Below are positions 20,679-30,512 of a stretch of DNA of 64,000 bases, one piece after another. The first letter of the stretch is position 1. The number at the start of each line of letters is the position of its first letter. The position numbers were made by a program, and so were the translations under genes. Source of the stretch: a virus; IMG/VR virus record IMGVR_UViG_3300025120_000017, positions 107,835 through 171,834 of that record, one strand, 5' to 3'. The notes under the pieces are model-generated. The model was not told the origin of the DNA. It searched no databases and saw only the letters and a program-made list of their open reading frames with translations.

Positions 20679-21959
20679 CTAAAATAACTTTTTGCTTTTT
20701 ATAGCAGGTTCAACATCGCCTAAAACAATTTTTTGAGCACAATTATCTTGCATTAAATATCGGGTATTACTTAATGGTAATTCACCGTTTAAAAATTTAA
20801 CAACCTCATGAGTCCAATCAGCTGCAGTATTTACTGGGACATTTTGAGTAATTGCATGAATTTCAGATTTACCTTTAATTTCAAAATCATGAGGAAATCC
20901 CATTAAGTGTAGCATTTCTCTAACATTTAGATACCTATTTTCATTTGGATTAATAAAACTTGCTACAGATTTTGAAATTAACGCATTCATACAATCTCCA
21001 TTAAACTGTGGAGATTCATCCCAATATCCACCTGCTTGTCTAACTTTTACTTTATCCCAAATTCTATCAATCTTTGCTTTGATTCTACGTTTTCTATCTT
21101 TTTCATCTAATGTATCATATCCTTTCTTTGAAAACCATTGACAGAATTCATCATATAATTCTTCTTCTAATATAGTTTCAACAGTAGAGAATTTTTTACC
21201 ACCAGTTTTCTTTAAGAAGTCTGTATAGCTTAACCCACTCCTTTCAATAAGAAACTCAAATGTAGGAAATGCATCAGTTGGTGATAACTCGTTTGAATAT
21301 AAATCTCTAAGAGATGCAGTATCAGGAATATCATTTAAGTATTCTATTAAGGATTTTCTTTCTCTATCATAATAACCTAATATTGGAGATGCATCAGATT
21401 TCCAGAAAAAATAAAAACTTCTTGTTCTATTTTGTGGTATTCCATGTAACTTTGTACTTGTTTTAATAACACTATAACTATAATTATGCTTTTCAGCAAT
21501 AAGTCTTAGTCTTTCACGAACACCTGCACCTAGTTTTGTAAAAAACCCTGGAGCATTTTCTCCAAACATTACTTTAGGTTTTACTGTACCTAAAACAAAC
21601 TCAGTACTTTTATACATCCATTCGTTTTGAGCAGCATCTGATCCTCTACTACTTGCACTTTTGCCATTTGATGCATTAAGCATTGATAAACCTGCACATG
21701 GACAAGTACTACTTACAATATCAACATCAGTAAGTCTTTCCCCATTATTTGCATCTATTAATTCATTAGTTTCTGCATCGATAGTAATATATGGAATATC
21801 AAGTCCTTTATTTTCATAATGTCTTAATAATAAACCATCATTAAAACCAAATGCAGGATAAGATAAGATATATTCAGGAGGAGTTCCTAATTCTTTCTCA
21901 ACTCCTATAGGTAATCCTCCTATAAGTGGAATAATTGCAGCATGCTTGTATTTTTTCAT
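20679..21959 (-). CDS. DNA cytosine-C5 methyltransferase-fold enzyme with atypical motif I
   Basis: CPCAGLS (IV), ENAPG (VI), PQNRTR (VIII), RYLNVREMLHLMGFP (IX), QNVPV (X); motif I reads IIPLIGG instead of FxGxGG. Confidence 0.85.
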   Translation of the reverse strand: MKKYKHAAIIPLIGGLPIGVEKELGTPPEYILSYPAFGFNDGLLLRHYENKGLDIPYITIDAETNELIDANNGERLTDVDIVSSTCPCAGLSMLNASNGKSASSRGSDAAQNEWMYKSTEFVLGTVKPKVMFGENAPGFFTKLGAGVRERLRLIAEKHNYSYSVIKTSTKLHGIPQNRTRSFYFFWKSDASPILGYYDRERKSLIEYLNDIPDTASLRDLYSNELSPTDAFPTFEFLIERSGLSYTDFLKKTGGKKFSTVETILEEELYDEFCQWFSKKGYDTLDEKDRKRRIKAKIDRIWDKVKVRQAGGYWDESPQFNGDCMNALISKSVASFINPNENRYLNVREMLHLMGFPHDFEIKGKSEIHAITQNVPVNTAADWTHEVVKFLNGELPLSNTRYLMQDNCAQKIVLGDVEPAIKSKKLF

Positions 21960-23311
21960 AACTTTAATTTTTTCAGAATGTATTTTTTAATGCTATCTTT
22001 ATTGTTTAAATCATTAAATCCCATGTATTGTTTTATTTCATCAATAATTTCTTGAGCTTCTTCAGGATTTTGATTAAAATATTTTATCTTTTGATTAATT
22101 TCACTAGAATTTTTTACTCTTAAAATATCATTAAATTTAGATGGCAACTGTTTATTTAACGGGTCATAATCGTGAGCAACAAGAGGTAAATTATTTAGAG
22201 ATACTGCCTGTGCAATTCTTCTATGATAACTATTATTAATTATAGGAGATGGAACAAAAGAATACTTATGTCTAATAAATTGTTTTGTACATTCATCATA
22301 TGTTACTTCAATTCCTTTATGAAACTTGTTGTTTAATATATGTTCATAAGTACTTGGTGCTTTTAGTTCATTACCTTTAATCTTTTTATAATATAAAGAA
22401 TGTGGCCCATCAGCTATATTCATAATATAGTCTTCATACATTTTTATCCTAGATTCGTTTCTTTCACTTGATACGGTGCCACAAAAAAGTAAATCCATTT
22501 TCTTATCCTTAAATTTTAATAGTGGATTATTAAATAAGCCTGTGCTTAAATGGCTTTGTGTAACATACCCATGTTTAATAACATCAACTTTAAAATCTTC
22601 AGTAATTGGATAATACATATCATCAGCTGCAAATGTATAAAGGTTTTCTCTGTATAGTTTACTATACCTAGGATCAGGTGAAAATATATGCACAGATTTA
22701 CCTAACCTATTAAGAATATACATTGTACATCTATATAAATTCATAGATAGTCCAATATATCCACCTAAATTAAAACCAGGCTCGTGACTATTCCATAACT
22801 CTAAGAAATCTTTTGCGCCTCTGGCATTTCTTTTAATTCTAACACCTCCTTTAAATTGTTCAATTCCTTTTACATTATTATATGCAACATAAGATTGTGC
22901 AAATGTAAATGTTGACCTACAACTAAAATCAACTACTAATGTAATGTTAAGAGGGTTAATAACGTTTTCTATAATATTGAAAATGCTTTCACGATGTTCA
23001 GCGAATTCTTCTTTAAGAATTAAACTATCACCTTCAAGCTTAATTAAGATAATTCCATTTCCATGATTTTTTAATTTATCACTATTGTATGTAGTGATAG
23101 ATCCTGTTATAAAGATAATATTATAATCATCTTTTATAAAAGGTAAAATACAATCAGTAAAGTCTTCATGATGCTCAGATTCTAAATCTAATTGTTGATA
23201 TACTTTACTATATCCTAAAGGAAATAATAGAGTTTTCTTACTATTAAGAGAGTTAAGTTCTTTATATTCAACAATTAATCTGTCTAATGGGTTTTTAATT
23301 ATCGTTTTCAT
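21956..23311 (-). CDS. Second BGT-like (GT-B) glycosyltransferase
   Basis: DLLFCGT; RRIAQAVSLNNLPLVAHDYDP...LRVKNSSEINQKIKYFNQNPE parallels the C-terminus of the 19433 gene. Confidence 0.55.
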   Translation of the reverse strand: MKTIIKNPLDRLIVEYKELNSLNSKKTLLFPLGYSKVYQQLDLESEHHEDFTDCILPFIKDDYNIIFITGSITTYNSDKLKNHGNGIILIKLEGDSLILKEEFAEHRESIFNIIENVINPLNITLVVDFSCRSTFTFAQSYVAYNNVKGIEQFKGGVRIKRNARGAKDFLELWNSHEPGFNLGGYIGLSMNLYRCTMYILNRLGKSVHIFSPDPRYSKLYRENLYTFAADDMYYPITEDFKVDVIKHGYVTQSHLSTGLFNNPLLKFKDKKMDLLFCGTVSSERNESRIKMYEDYIMNIADGPHSLYYKKIKGNELKAPSTYEHILNNKFHKGIEVTYDECTKQFIRHKYSFVPSPIINNSYHRRIAQAVSLNNLPLVAHDYDPLNKQLPSKFNDILRVKNSSEINQKIKYFNQNPEEAQEIIDEIKQYMGFNDLNNKDSIKKYILKKLKL

Positions 23312-23804
23312 TAATGTATCCTACATTCAGGTTTTTGTTATTTTCTTCTAATTGACATCGCTTTCTTAAATCAGATGAACTGTATGGATGTCTTCTAGTA
23401 TTGTATTTTATTTCAATTTCATTGATATACTTACCTGTGAAATCTTTATCTCTATATTCTTCTCCAACTAATCTGATTTTAGGTAATAGAGTAAGTAATG
23501 CATTTTCTAAATCTTTCTCTGAATCAAGCGGAATTACCTCATCTATATATTCTACTGAGTTTAATTGTCCCCACCTTTCAAATAAGCTCTGTACTGGTTT
23601 ATTCTTTGTTTCTGGTCTATCAATCGTTGCATCATTAATTAAACCAACAACAAGATAGTCTCCAAGAGACCTTGCTTTATAATAAAGATCAATATGTCCT
23701 ATATGGTTTAATTCACCGCAAGTGCTAGTAAAAATAATATCAAGTTCATTAACATTCTTTCCTAGCTCTTTAGCACGCTTTTGTAATAATTTAAAGTTTA
23801 GCAT
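23295..23804 (-). CDS. Cytidylyltransferase (TagD/glycerol-3-phosphate CT-like)
   Basis: HIGH motif; GDYLVVGL; KPVQSLFER; RRHPYSSSDLR. Confidence 0.85.
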   Translation of the reverse strand: MLNFKLLQKRAKELGKNVNELDIIFTSTCGELNHIGHIDLYYKARSLGDYLVVGLINDATIDRPETKNKPVQSLFERWGQLNSVEYIDEVIPLDSEKDLENALLTLLPKIRLVGEEYRDKDFTGKYINEIEIKYNTRRHPYSSSDLRKRCQLEENNKNLNVGYINENDN

Positions 23805-24879
23805 TAATAAGATCTTTAGTTATATTTAAGTATTTTTTAAAATTAGGATCATTTGTATGATATTTTAAGATTCTAACCCATTGAGTTGTTTCAAGAATTT
23901 TTAGTACTTTATTCAATAGAGATTTATCAAGATCATCGGTATATCGCTTCATTACATACCTACAGTATGATTGTAATCCGCTATTATTATGTTTTCTTCC
24001 ACTATGTGATAGTTTCGCAATATCAAGATATACTGATGAATACAGGTCTTTTATATAGATAGGATCAATTAAAACAAGACCTTTAGTTTTATTAAAGATC
24101 ATATTTTCTATTGAGAAATCACCATGCATAAAAGATTTGTGCATATTCATAAAAGGAGTAATTCTATGCATATTTTCTAATAATAACATTCTTTCATCAT
24201 TTAATAAATGCCCAGACTCAACATTGATCTTTAGATGTGAATCTATTCTATCTATATATGTAATAAAATCAGATCCTAGTGATGGAGTTGATGCAATACA
24301 GTTTAGTTCATTGCCTATTGCATGGAAATTAAGAATATCATCATGTTTAATGTATTCCATTCTTAAGGTATTTCCTACAAGACTTTTAATTTCCGGAATA
24401 CTTAATCCTGCTGACTCTGCTTTAATGTACCATTTACTAGCTTCTCTGCTATCTGTATGTGTTTTGTAAATTTCATTGCCATGTTTTTCAACTATTGCAC
24501 CACTCTTACCTCTTTTAATAGGAGTTATATCAATGTTTAAAAACTCTTCAGGAAGAATTCCTTTATCATCAATGTAATATGCAGCAAGTGGCTTATTGAA
24601 ACTTAACTCATTATAAATAAGACCATGAAAGTTTAAGAATTGTTCTATGTTCTTTCTATATTTTTTATCAGCTTCTTTTCGACTATCGCATGAAATAGAC
24701 CCTCTTGCTGTTAAAACAAGAATATACCAACCATTCTTTTGTAATTCATTCAGTCTTTTAATAAGTTCTTTATTAACATCAGCGCTTTCCCAGTTTCGGG
24801 TTTTAGTAAAGCTAAGAGTATCATCAAAATCAACACATATGATTTTACTCATGTCTTGTGGTCTTTCTTTATAAAACAT
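23791..24879 (-). CDS. HAD phosphatase fused to an APH/choline-kinase-like domain
   Basis: DFDDTL, LTARG, KP..YYIDDK (HAD); HGDFSIENM and LIDP (kinase). Confidence 0.8.
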   Translation of the reverse strand: MFYKERPQDMSKIICVDFDDTLSFTKTRNWESADVNKELIKRLNELQKNGWYILVLTARGSISCDSRKEADKKYRKNIEQFLNFHGLIYNELSFNKPLAAYYIDDKGILPEEFLNIDITPIKRGKSGAIVEKHGNEIYKTHTDSREASKWYIKAESAGLSIPEIKSLVGNTLRMEYIKHDDILNFHAIGNELNCIASTPSLGSDFITYIDRIDSHLKINVESGHLLNDERMLLLENMHRITPFMNMHKSFMHGDFSIENMIFNKTKGLVLIDPIYIKDLYSSVYLDIAKLSHSGRKHNNSGLQSYCRYVMKRYTDDLDKSLLNKVLKILETTQWVRILKYHTNDPNFKKYLNITKDLINAKL

Positions 24880-25408
24880 TATAAGAATTCATTAAGTTAA
24901 GAATGTGTATTTGTTTTAAGATTGATGCAATTCTTTTTGCCATATGATTTTTAGATATAGCAATACGTTCTTCGGTCATTTCAAGACCTAAATATATTTT
25001 ATAAATATCATCACCTTTTAAATTAAGCTGGGTTAAGCTATTTATAATATCTACATCAAAAGAGTTTTCATACTTAATACTTCCTGTTGTTTCTATATAT
25101 GCTTTATTAAACTCTTCAATAGTAAAAGATGCATATCCATTATCTTCTAAGATTGCATTAATTTCAGAAATCCTATAAGCAATTGCATCTAATAAATTGT
25201 CTTCTTTATGGTTATATTTTTGCCTACTTAGTTTTAATCCATATAAATATCTAAAGCTATTTAATTGAGATTCTTTATCGCATTCAATATTTAAGAATTC
25301 TGAAATATTAGTAGCTGCTTTCATTCCTTCTATCATAGGACCATATTGCCTAGTTTTCTCTTCAGATCTAGAATTAATGATCTGATTTGCTTTTTCTACT
25401 AATGACAT
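24869..25408 (-). CDS. DUF6378-like nucleotide-modification-associated protein
   Basis: ANQIINSRSEEKTRQYG...LKLSRQKYNHKEDNLLDAIAY. Confidence 0.6.
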   Translation of the reverse strand: MSLVEKANQIINSRSEEKTRQYGPMIEGMKAATNISEFLNIECDKESQLNSFRYLYGLKLSRQKYNHKEDNLLDAIAYRISEINAILEDNGYASFTIEEFNKAYIETTGSIKYENSFDVDIINSLTQLNLKGDDIYKIYLGLEMTEERIAISKNHMAKRIASILKQIHILNLMNSYNVL

Positions 25409-25435
25409 ATTTTTTATTATTAAATATGATGTATG

Positions 25436-25699
25436 TTAATATTGTTTAATTAATGCGATTAAAAATCCAGATTTTCTAATTAACCTATGATAATTTTCTT
25501 TAAATACAAAGCATTTAATTCCTATTGATAATTTTTTAGGAAGCTCATTATCATATTGAAATAGCCATTTGCCAAAAGGAAAGAAAAAAATTTCACGATG
25601 TTCATTATCTCTATGCCATTGATAGAGCATTTCATCTTTTTTGTAGAATATTCTAATTACATATCCACATATGTTTAGTTGCTTAAATGGATTTACCAC
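25436..25699 (-). CDS. Small cupin-like conserved phage protein
   Basis: WHRDNEHR...WLFQYDNELP...YHRLI. Confidence 0.6.
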   Translation of the reverse strand: MVNPFKQLNICGYVIRIFYKKDEMLYQWHRDNEHREIFFFPFGKWLFQYDNELPKKLSIGIKCFVFKENYHRLIRKSGFLIALIKQY

Positions 25700-26202
25700 G
25701 GATAGTCACTTTTTAGTCCAAGATGCTTTGCAAATAAATGAATATTACAACTCCAAAAGCCTGCTTTATTAACATCTGTTTTACTATCACATCTATGCCT
25801 TGCTTGAAAACTATCAGCAGCCTTTTTATCATGATTTTTTATTGATAGATTAGGATCACCAAATCTTATTATATTTGCTATAGGTAATCCACTATCTTTA
25901 TCTTTTTTACCGCTATCTAAATAAACTCTAAGTTTTTTAGTTTCAGTTTTAGCATAATCAGGTAAATGTAACTTAATCTTCTTTCCTTTATAAATACCAG
26001 GCTCTCCAGTTTTTAAAGATGCGATTGCTTTATCTCTACCTTCAAGAAGCAGTTTACCATTATTGTAAAGTTCTCTAACTTCAATAATTAGATCACAAAA
26101 CTTTTCAGACCCGTACATAAATACGCATTCAGAAATTCCAATACCATTATTCAAATGATATTCTAGTTCTTGTGACATTTTAAATGATGATAGCGGTTTC
26201 AT
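25693..26202 (-). CDS. Conserved T4-like phage protein (DUF6321-like)
   Basis: RFGDPNLSIK...SFQARHRCD...AGFWSC; late-promoter motif upstream. Confidence 0.6.
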   Translation of the reverse strand: MKPLSSFKMSQELEYHLNNGIGISECVFMYGSEKFCDLIIEVRELYNNGKLLLEGRDKAIASLKTGEPGIYKGKKIKLHLPDYAKTETKKLRVYLDSGKKDKDSGLPIANIIRFGDPNLSIKNHDKKAADSFQARHRCDSKTDVNKAGFWSCNIHLFAKHLGLKSDYPW

Positions 26203-26225
26203 ATAATGTAAATTCTTTATATTAT

Positions 26226-26432
26226 TTATTCCATTATTTGCATAAAGAAATCTTCAAGATCTTGAATAGTGCTATTATTTTCTATAAGTGATGCTTCCCC
26301 ATTAACAGATTCATACCAAATTATTTCATCAGGTATTTTAATATCTGCAAATTTTGAAAATTGTCTTATGTATGTAGACTCTTTATGTTGTATTGTGTAT
26401 ATTGCATTATATTGGGCTGTTATGATTTTCAT
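26226..26432 (-). CDS. Hypothetical protein
   Basis: 68 aa, coupled to the GT2 gene. Confidence 0.55.
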   Translation of the reverse strand: MKIITAQYNAIYTIQHKESTYIRQFSKFADIKIPDEIIWYESVNGEASLIENNSTIQDLEDFFMQIME

Positions 26433-27127
26433 TTAAAAACTCCTATTATTTTTTTTATTTTGTAATTTTTATGACCAGGTAATCTGCTACTATTAACAAA
26501 CAATTCCTCTTTATGATATGATGTTGATACGTTAGTATCATGAAGAAAGTATACATATAACTCAGGATCTTGATATGAAACTGCCTTATGTTTAGTAAAT
26601 AGCTCTTTAAGTACAGGAGTATCTTCATATCTCTGCATGTTTGAATATAATGGCATAATATCTCTTCTACACATTAATGATCCTTCCCAACCTTCAAGAC
26701 GGTCAAAGCTTAACCTAACTTCATCTTTAGCTGATGAAAATAATAAAAGACTTCTTAATGTACATCCATCTAATCCATCTTCAAGTATTTTATTAAGTTG
26801 TGATTCAATACGGATAGGTGAATAGTAATCATCATCGTCCCATATTATAACATAATCACCACTTGCCTTACTTATCAAGTGATTTCTTAATGATCCTAGG
26901 TAGATTCCATCTTGTGGTATATGCTTAAATATTCTGATATTATTTTTATTTCTCCAAAACTTATCTAAGCTGTTTAAATATTTCATGGTTTCACTATCAT
27001 TACTGTAATACATTATTAACATTTCTTTGTTAATATGAGTTTGATTAAGATAATGATTTATAGATGTTTTAAGAAATTCACACCTATTTTTTGTTACTGT
27101 TATTGTACTTACTTTAATGCTTTTCAT
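26429..27127 (-). CDS. Family 2 glycosyltransferase
   Basis: VSTITVTKNR; GSLRN; WDDDD; ED motif. Confidence 0.85.
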   Translation of the reverse strand: MKSIKVSTITVTKNRCEFLKTSINHYLNQTHINKEMLIMYYSNDSETMKYLNSLDKFWRNKNNIRIFKHIPQDGIYLGSLRNHLISKASGDYVIIWDDDDYYSPIRIESQLNKILEDGLDGCTLRSLLLFSSAKDEVRLSFDRLEGWEGSLMCRRDIMPLYSNMQRYEDTPVLKELFTKHKAVSYQDPELYVYFLHDTNVSTSYHKEELFVNSSRLPGHKNYKIKKIIGVFK

Positions 27128-27804
27128 ATCTTAGGTCTATGTATTCCAATTAAATTACGTCTTGGAATTGTTGCTGGGTCTACATTTAGAGGAAACAAGT
27201 GCACTACATCAGATTCAATAAACTTAAGTTTATTACTATTGCTGCTTATAGTGCCATTCCATTCATTTGTTAAAATACAGTCTTCATATACAATAGGTAA
27301 AATTCTAAAAAGTACCTCATTATCCCCCCAACAGTTAAGAAATAACTCACGTTCTGTCCATTCATTATAATCAGGATTAGCTTCTTTAAATAATTTCATG
27401 ACATTATGATATGAAGAGCATTCTTTAATATATGCTTTAACGCCTTTATTTTTTTTAACTGAACCCATAAAGCCATTTTGTAACCACCATGTATCAGTCC
27501 TACTCACAAAAAAATCACAATTAAGAAGGTCTTCATTCATTCTTTTGTATGGCTTAATATCAACATCAATGTATATTCCACCTTCTTGATATAAAATATT
27601 AGCCCTAACCCAGTCACACACAAACCTATATTCATTAAGTTCTATCGCAGCTTTAACAAACGCATTTTCGCCAAAGTCGTTTTCTCGCCATAATTTATAT
27701 TCAAAATCTGGATACTTTTCTTTCCATTGATTAGCCCATTCTAGACATTGAGCAGGCGGCTCTTTATCTCCTAACCAAACTTGATGAATCTTTTTTGGTA
27801 TCAT
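27124..27804 (-). CDS. DXD glycosyltransferase (GT32/Och1-like)
   Basis: MIPKKIHQVWLG; DWVR..ILYQEGGIYIDVD. Confidence 0.85.
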   Translation of the reverse strand: MIPKKIHQVWLGDKEPPAQCLEWANQWKEKYPDFEYKLWRENDFGENAFVKAAIELNEYRFVCDWVRANILYQEGGIYIDVDIKPYKRMNEDLLNCDFFVSRTDTWWLQNGFMGSVKKNKGVKAYIKECSSYHNVMKLFKEANPDYNEWTERELFLNCWGDNEVLFRILPIVYEDCILTNEWNGTISSNSNKLKFIESDVVHLFPLNVDPATIPRRNLIGIHRPKI

Positions 27805-28715
27805 GCATGTATAGAATTATAGTCGTTTAGATATTTAATTAGAGCCAATTCTTTAGCTTTTGCTTCTAATACAACATCAAATTCATATATGTCAGTATAT
27901 GGAATATGGTCATAAAGATAATCTGCATGTGCAACAACTTTTACATTACCATCTTCGTAATTTTTACGAGAGCTGCTATAATGGGTCATTGGTTTTATGC
28001 CTTTTGGCCATGTATGTATCGCATATCGTAATGCTTGTTCTTTTGATAAATTACCTGGATGGCAATCATGGTGATGAAAATCAAATACTATAGGAACTCC
28101 TGTCGATTCTGATACATATAATAAGTCTTCAACTGCGTACATGCTTGGCTTATCATCGTTTTCTATAGTAAGTCGCTTCTTTGTGGATTCTGAAAGTCGT
28201 TTGAAATTAGTAATCCACCTATCCATAGCAGAAGACTTGTCGCCATATGCACCGCCTATATGAATATTTATCTTATGTGTATTATTAATAGGTAATCCCA
28301 TACAATCAAGAATGAATGCATGCTGTCCTAATTCTTTGATAGTATTTTCTACAACATCTTCTCTAGGAGAACATAAAATATTAAAAGGCCCTGGGTGAAA
28401 TGATAGTCGCATATTACTTTGCATTGCTAGGGTACCAGCATTAAGTAACATATTACTAATTTCTTGCCAATCAGGCAAATCAGAAATAGTATATTCAGAC
28501 ATCCACGGAAATAGATCTGATGACATCCTAAATACTTTTATGTTGTTTTTAGTATTCCATTCAATTATAGTATGGAGATCTTGTACATTCTTTAGTGCAA
28601 GCTCAGATGCATATAATAAACCACGTTCTTGAAATGTTTTTTTAATCATTCCTCGGTTGGTAGTTATCTTATTTTGTTTTAGTGTATTATTGATACATGC
28701 GTAGCCTAAATCCAT
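27801..28715 (-). CDS. uvsE: UV DNA damage endonuclease
   Basis: LGYACIN; FRMSSDLFP; RLSFHPG; IENDD; VFDFHHH; HYSS; LEAKAKE. ATG start chosen over the upstream TTG. Confidence 0.92.
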   Translation of the reverse strand: MDLGYACINNTLKQNKITTNRGMIKKTFQERGLLYASELALKNVQDLHTIIEWNTKNNIKVFRMSSDLFPWMSEYTISDLPDWQEISNMLLNAGTLAMQSNMRLSFHPGPFNILCSPREDVVENTIKELGQHAFILDCMGLPINNTHKINIHIGGAYGDKSSAMDRWITNFKRLSESTKKRLTIENDDKPSMYAVEDLLYVSESTGVPIVFDFHHHDCHPGNLSKEQALRYAIHTWPKGIKPMTHYSSSRKNYEDGNVKVVAHADYLYDHIPYTDIYEFDVVLEAKAKELALIKYLNDYNSIHA

Positions 28716-28766
28716 ATTCAAATATATATAAAATATACATAAAATAATTAATTCTGTACATAAAAA

Positions 28767-28801
28767 TTAATAGAGAAGGGCTTTTAATCCTTCTCTATTA
28801 A
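28767..28801 (-). terminator. Intrinsic terminator after nrdA
   Basis: 13-bp inverted repeat ttaatagagaagg/ccttctctattaa followed by a U-tract on the minus strand. Confidence 0.75.
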
Positions 28802-28805
28802 ATGA

Positions 28806-30512
28806 TCATCCATCACAACTAGAACACTCCATTAAATTACGTTTAAATTCTTGTGCTGCATTAACGTTATTTTGATAATATAGTGACTTAACACCCATGT
28901 CTGCAGCTTCTAAATATAATGCATTTACATCTTTTGTTGGAGTTCGTGGGTCAATTGTTAAATTTAAACTCTGGCCTTGACAGATATATCTTTGTCTTTG
29001 AGCAGCTTGTTGAATTATTGTTAGTTGACTGATTTCTCTAAATGTTTTAAAAACATTCTTTTCATGTTCAGATAGAAATTTTAAATGCTGTACAGATCCA
29101 TCCTTTTCAAGTATTGATAGCCATGTTTTTCTATCATTTTTATTATTTAACTTAAGTACTTTTTCTAAATAAGGATTTTTAAAAGTTGTCTTTATTTTAG
29201 CAAGATCTTTTACATAAATATTACTTGTAAAAGGTTCTATACCTAAAGATGCTTGACCCATTATAAAGGCGCTTGATTTAGTTGGAGCTATTGCAAGTAG
29301 TGTAGTATTTCTTCTACCATATCCTTCTAATACATCAGGCTCACCATATATCTCTGCTAATTTTTCTGAAGCAGTATATGCGGTTTCTTTTAAATTTGAA
29401 AATATTTGATTATTTAACTGCATTGCATCAAAGCTTTCAAATGCTAAGTTTTTACTTTGTAATAATGAATGCCATCCTATAACACCCATTCCTAGTGCCC
29501 TATGCCGCTTTGCAAAATTATAAGTTCTTTGCATAAAATACCACACATGCTGATCCTCTCTGCTGCTGCTAGATTTATAGGCTTCAAGCTTTTCAATAAA
29601 CTCTGACATAACAGCATCTAAAAAGAAAGTCATAACCTCCACAGCATCAGTGTCTTTCCACTCATCATAATAAACTAGGTTTAATGAACTTAAACAACAA
29701 ACAAAACTTTCTTCAGAATTACTAGGCAGCATAATTTCACTGCAAAGATTAGAAGCATATATCTTCATATCTTTATCCTTATAAACATCTACAGTGTTTT
29801 CATTTGCATTATCTTTAAATAAGATATATGGAGCACCAATTTCACCTCTCACAGTTAACAGCTTTGCCCATACCTTTCTTTTAGCTTTATCACCTGCTTT
29901 CATTTCTTCAAGCCATTGTTTCCCTACACAAACTCCATAAAACATTAATTGAATTGGGTTACCTTCAAGCTGTATCTCTAACCATTCATTAATGTCATCA
30001 TGTTCAATGTCTATATAACCAGCAAACTGGCCTCTACGTGTAGTTCCTTGGCTAATAACATCTATTGATGTATCAAATTTCCTAGCAAATGGAAATGATC
30101 CATTACTTTCTCCATTACCTGAAATAGATTTTCCTCTACCTCGAATGTGTCCAAAATATCCTGATGCACCGCCGCCCATTTTTGACATCATATCAACTTC
30201 GCTATTTGCATAACTAATACCACCTACACTATCTTCAATATAACTACCAAAACAGCTAATAGGTAAACCACGCTTATTTCCAAAGTTTGACCATATCGGA
30301 GAGCTTAAAGAAAACCATCCTTTACTCATATAATCTTTAAACTTATCAGCATAATTATAATCTTTTAATTGTAAGATCTTTTCTGCATGTATTGCTATTT
30401 CATTAAGCCTATCTTCAGGTGTTTGATTACTACCTAAATACCCACCATTTAAGAATGTTCTACTATGCTCGTTTAACCATTGATATGGTTCTCTATCTTT
30501 AGAATAAGTCAT
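28806..30512 (-). CDS. nrdA: Class I ribonucleotide reductase alpha subunit (no ATP cone)
   Basis: PISCF; SNLCSEI; VCCLSSLN; APTKSS; KSLYY; C-terminal CSSC. Confidence 0.95.
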   Translation of the reverse strand: MTYSKDREPYQWLNEHSRTFLNGGYLGSNQTPEDRLNEIAIHAEKILQLKDYNYADKFKDYMSKGWFSLSSPIWSNFGNKRGLPISCFGSYIEDSVGGISYANSEVDMMSKMGGGASGYFGHIRGRGKSISGNGESNGSFPFARKFDTSIDVISQGTTRRGQFAGYIDIEHDDINEWLEIQLEGNPIQLMFYGVCVGKQWLEEMKAGDKAKRKVWAKLLTVRGEIGAPYILFKDNANENTVDVYKDKDMKIYASNLCSEIMLPSNSEESFVCCLSSLNLVYYDEWKDTDAVEVMTFFLDAVMSEFIEKLEAYKSSSSREDQHVWYFMQRTYNFAKRHRALGMGVIGWHSLLQSKNLAFESFDAMQLNNQIFSNLKETAYTASEKLAEIYGEPDVLEGYGRRNTTLLAIAPTKSSAFIMGQASLGIEPFTSNIYVKDLAKIKTTFKNPYLEKVLKLNNKNDRKTWLSILEKDGSVQHLKFLSEHEKNVFKTFREISQLTIIQQAAQRQRYICQGQSLNLTIDPRTPTKDVNALYLEAADMGVKSLYYQNNVNAAQEFKRNLMECSSCDG

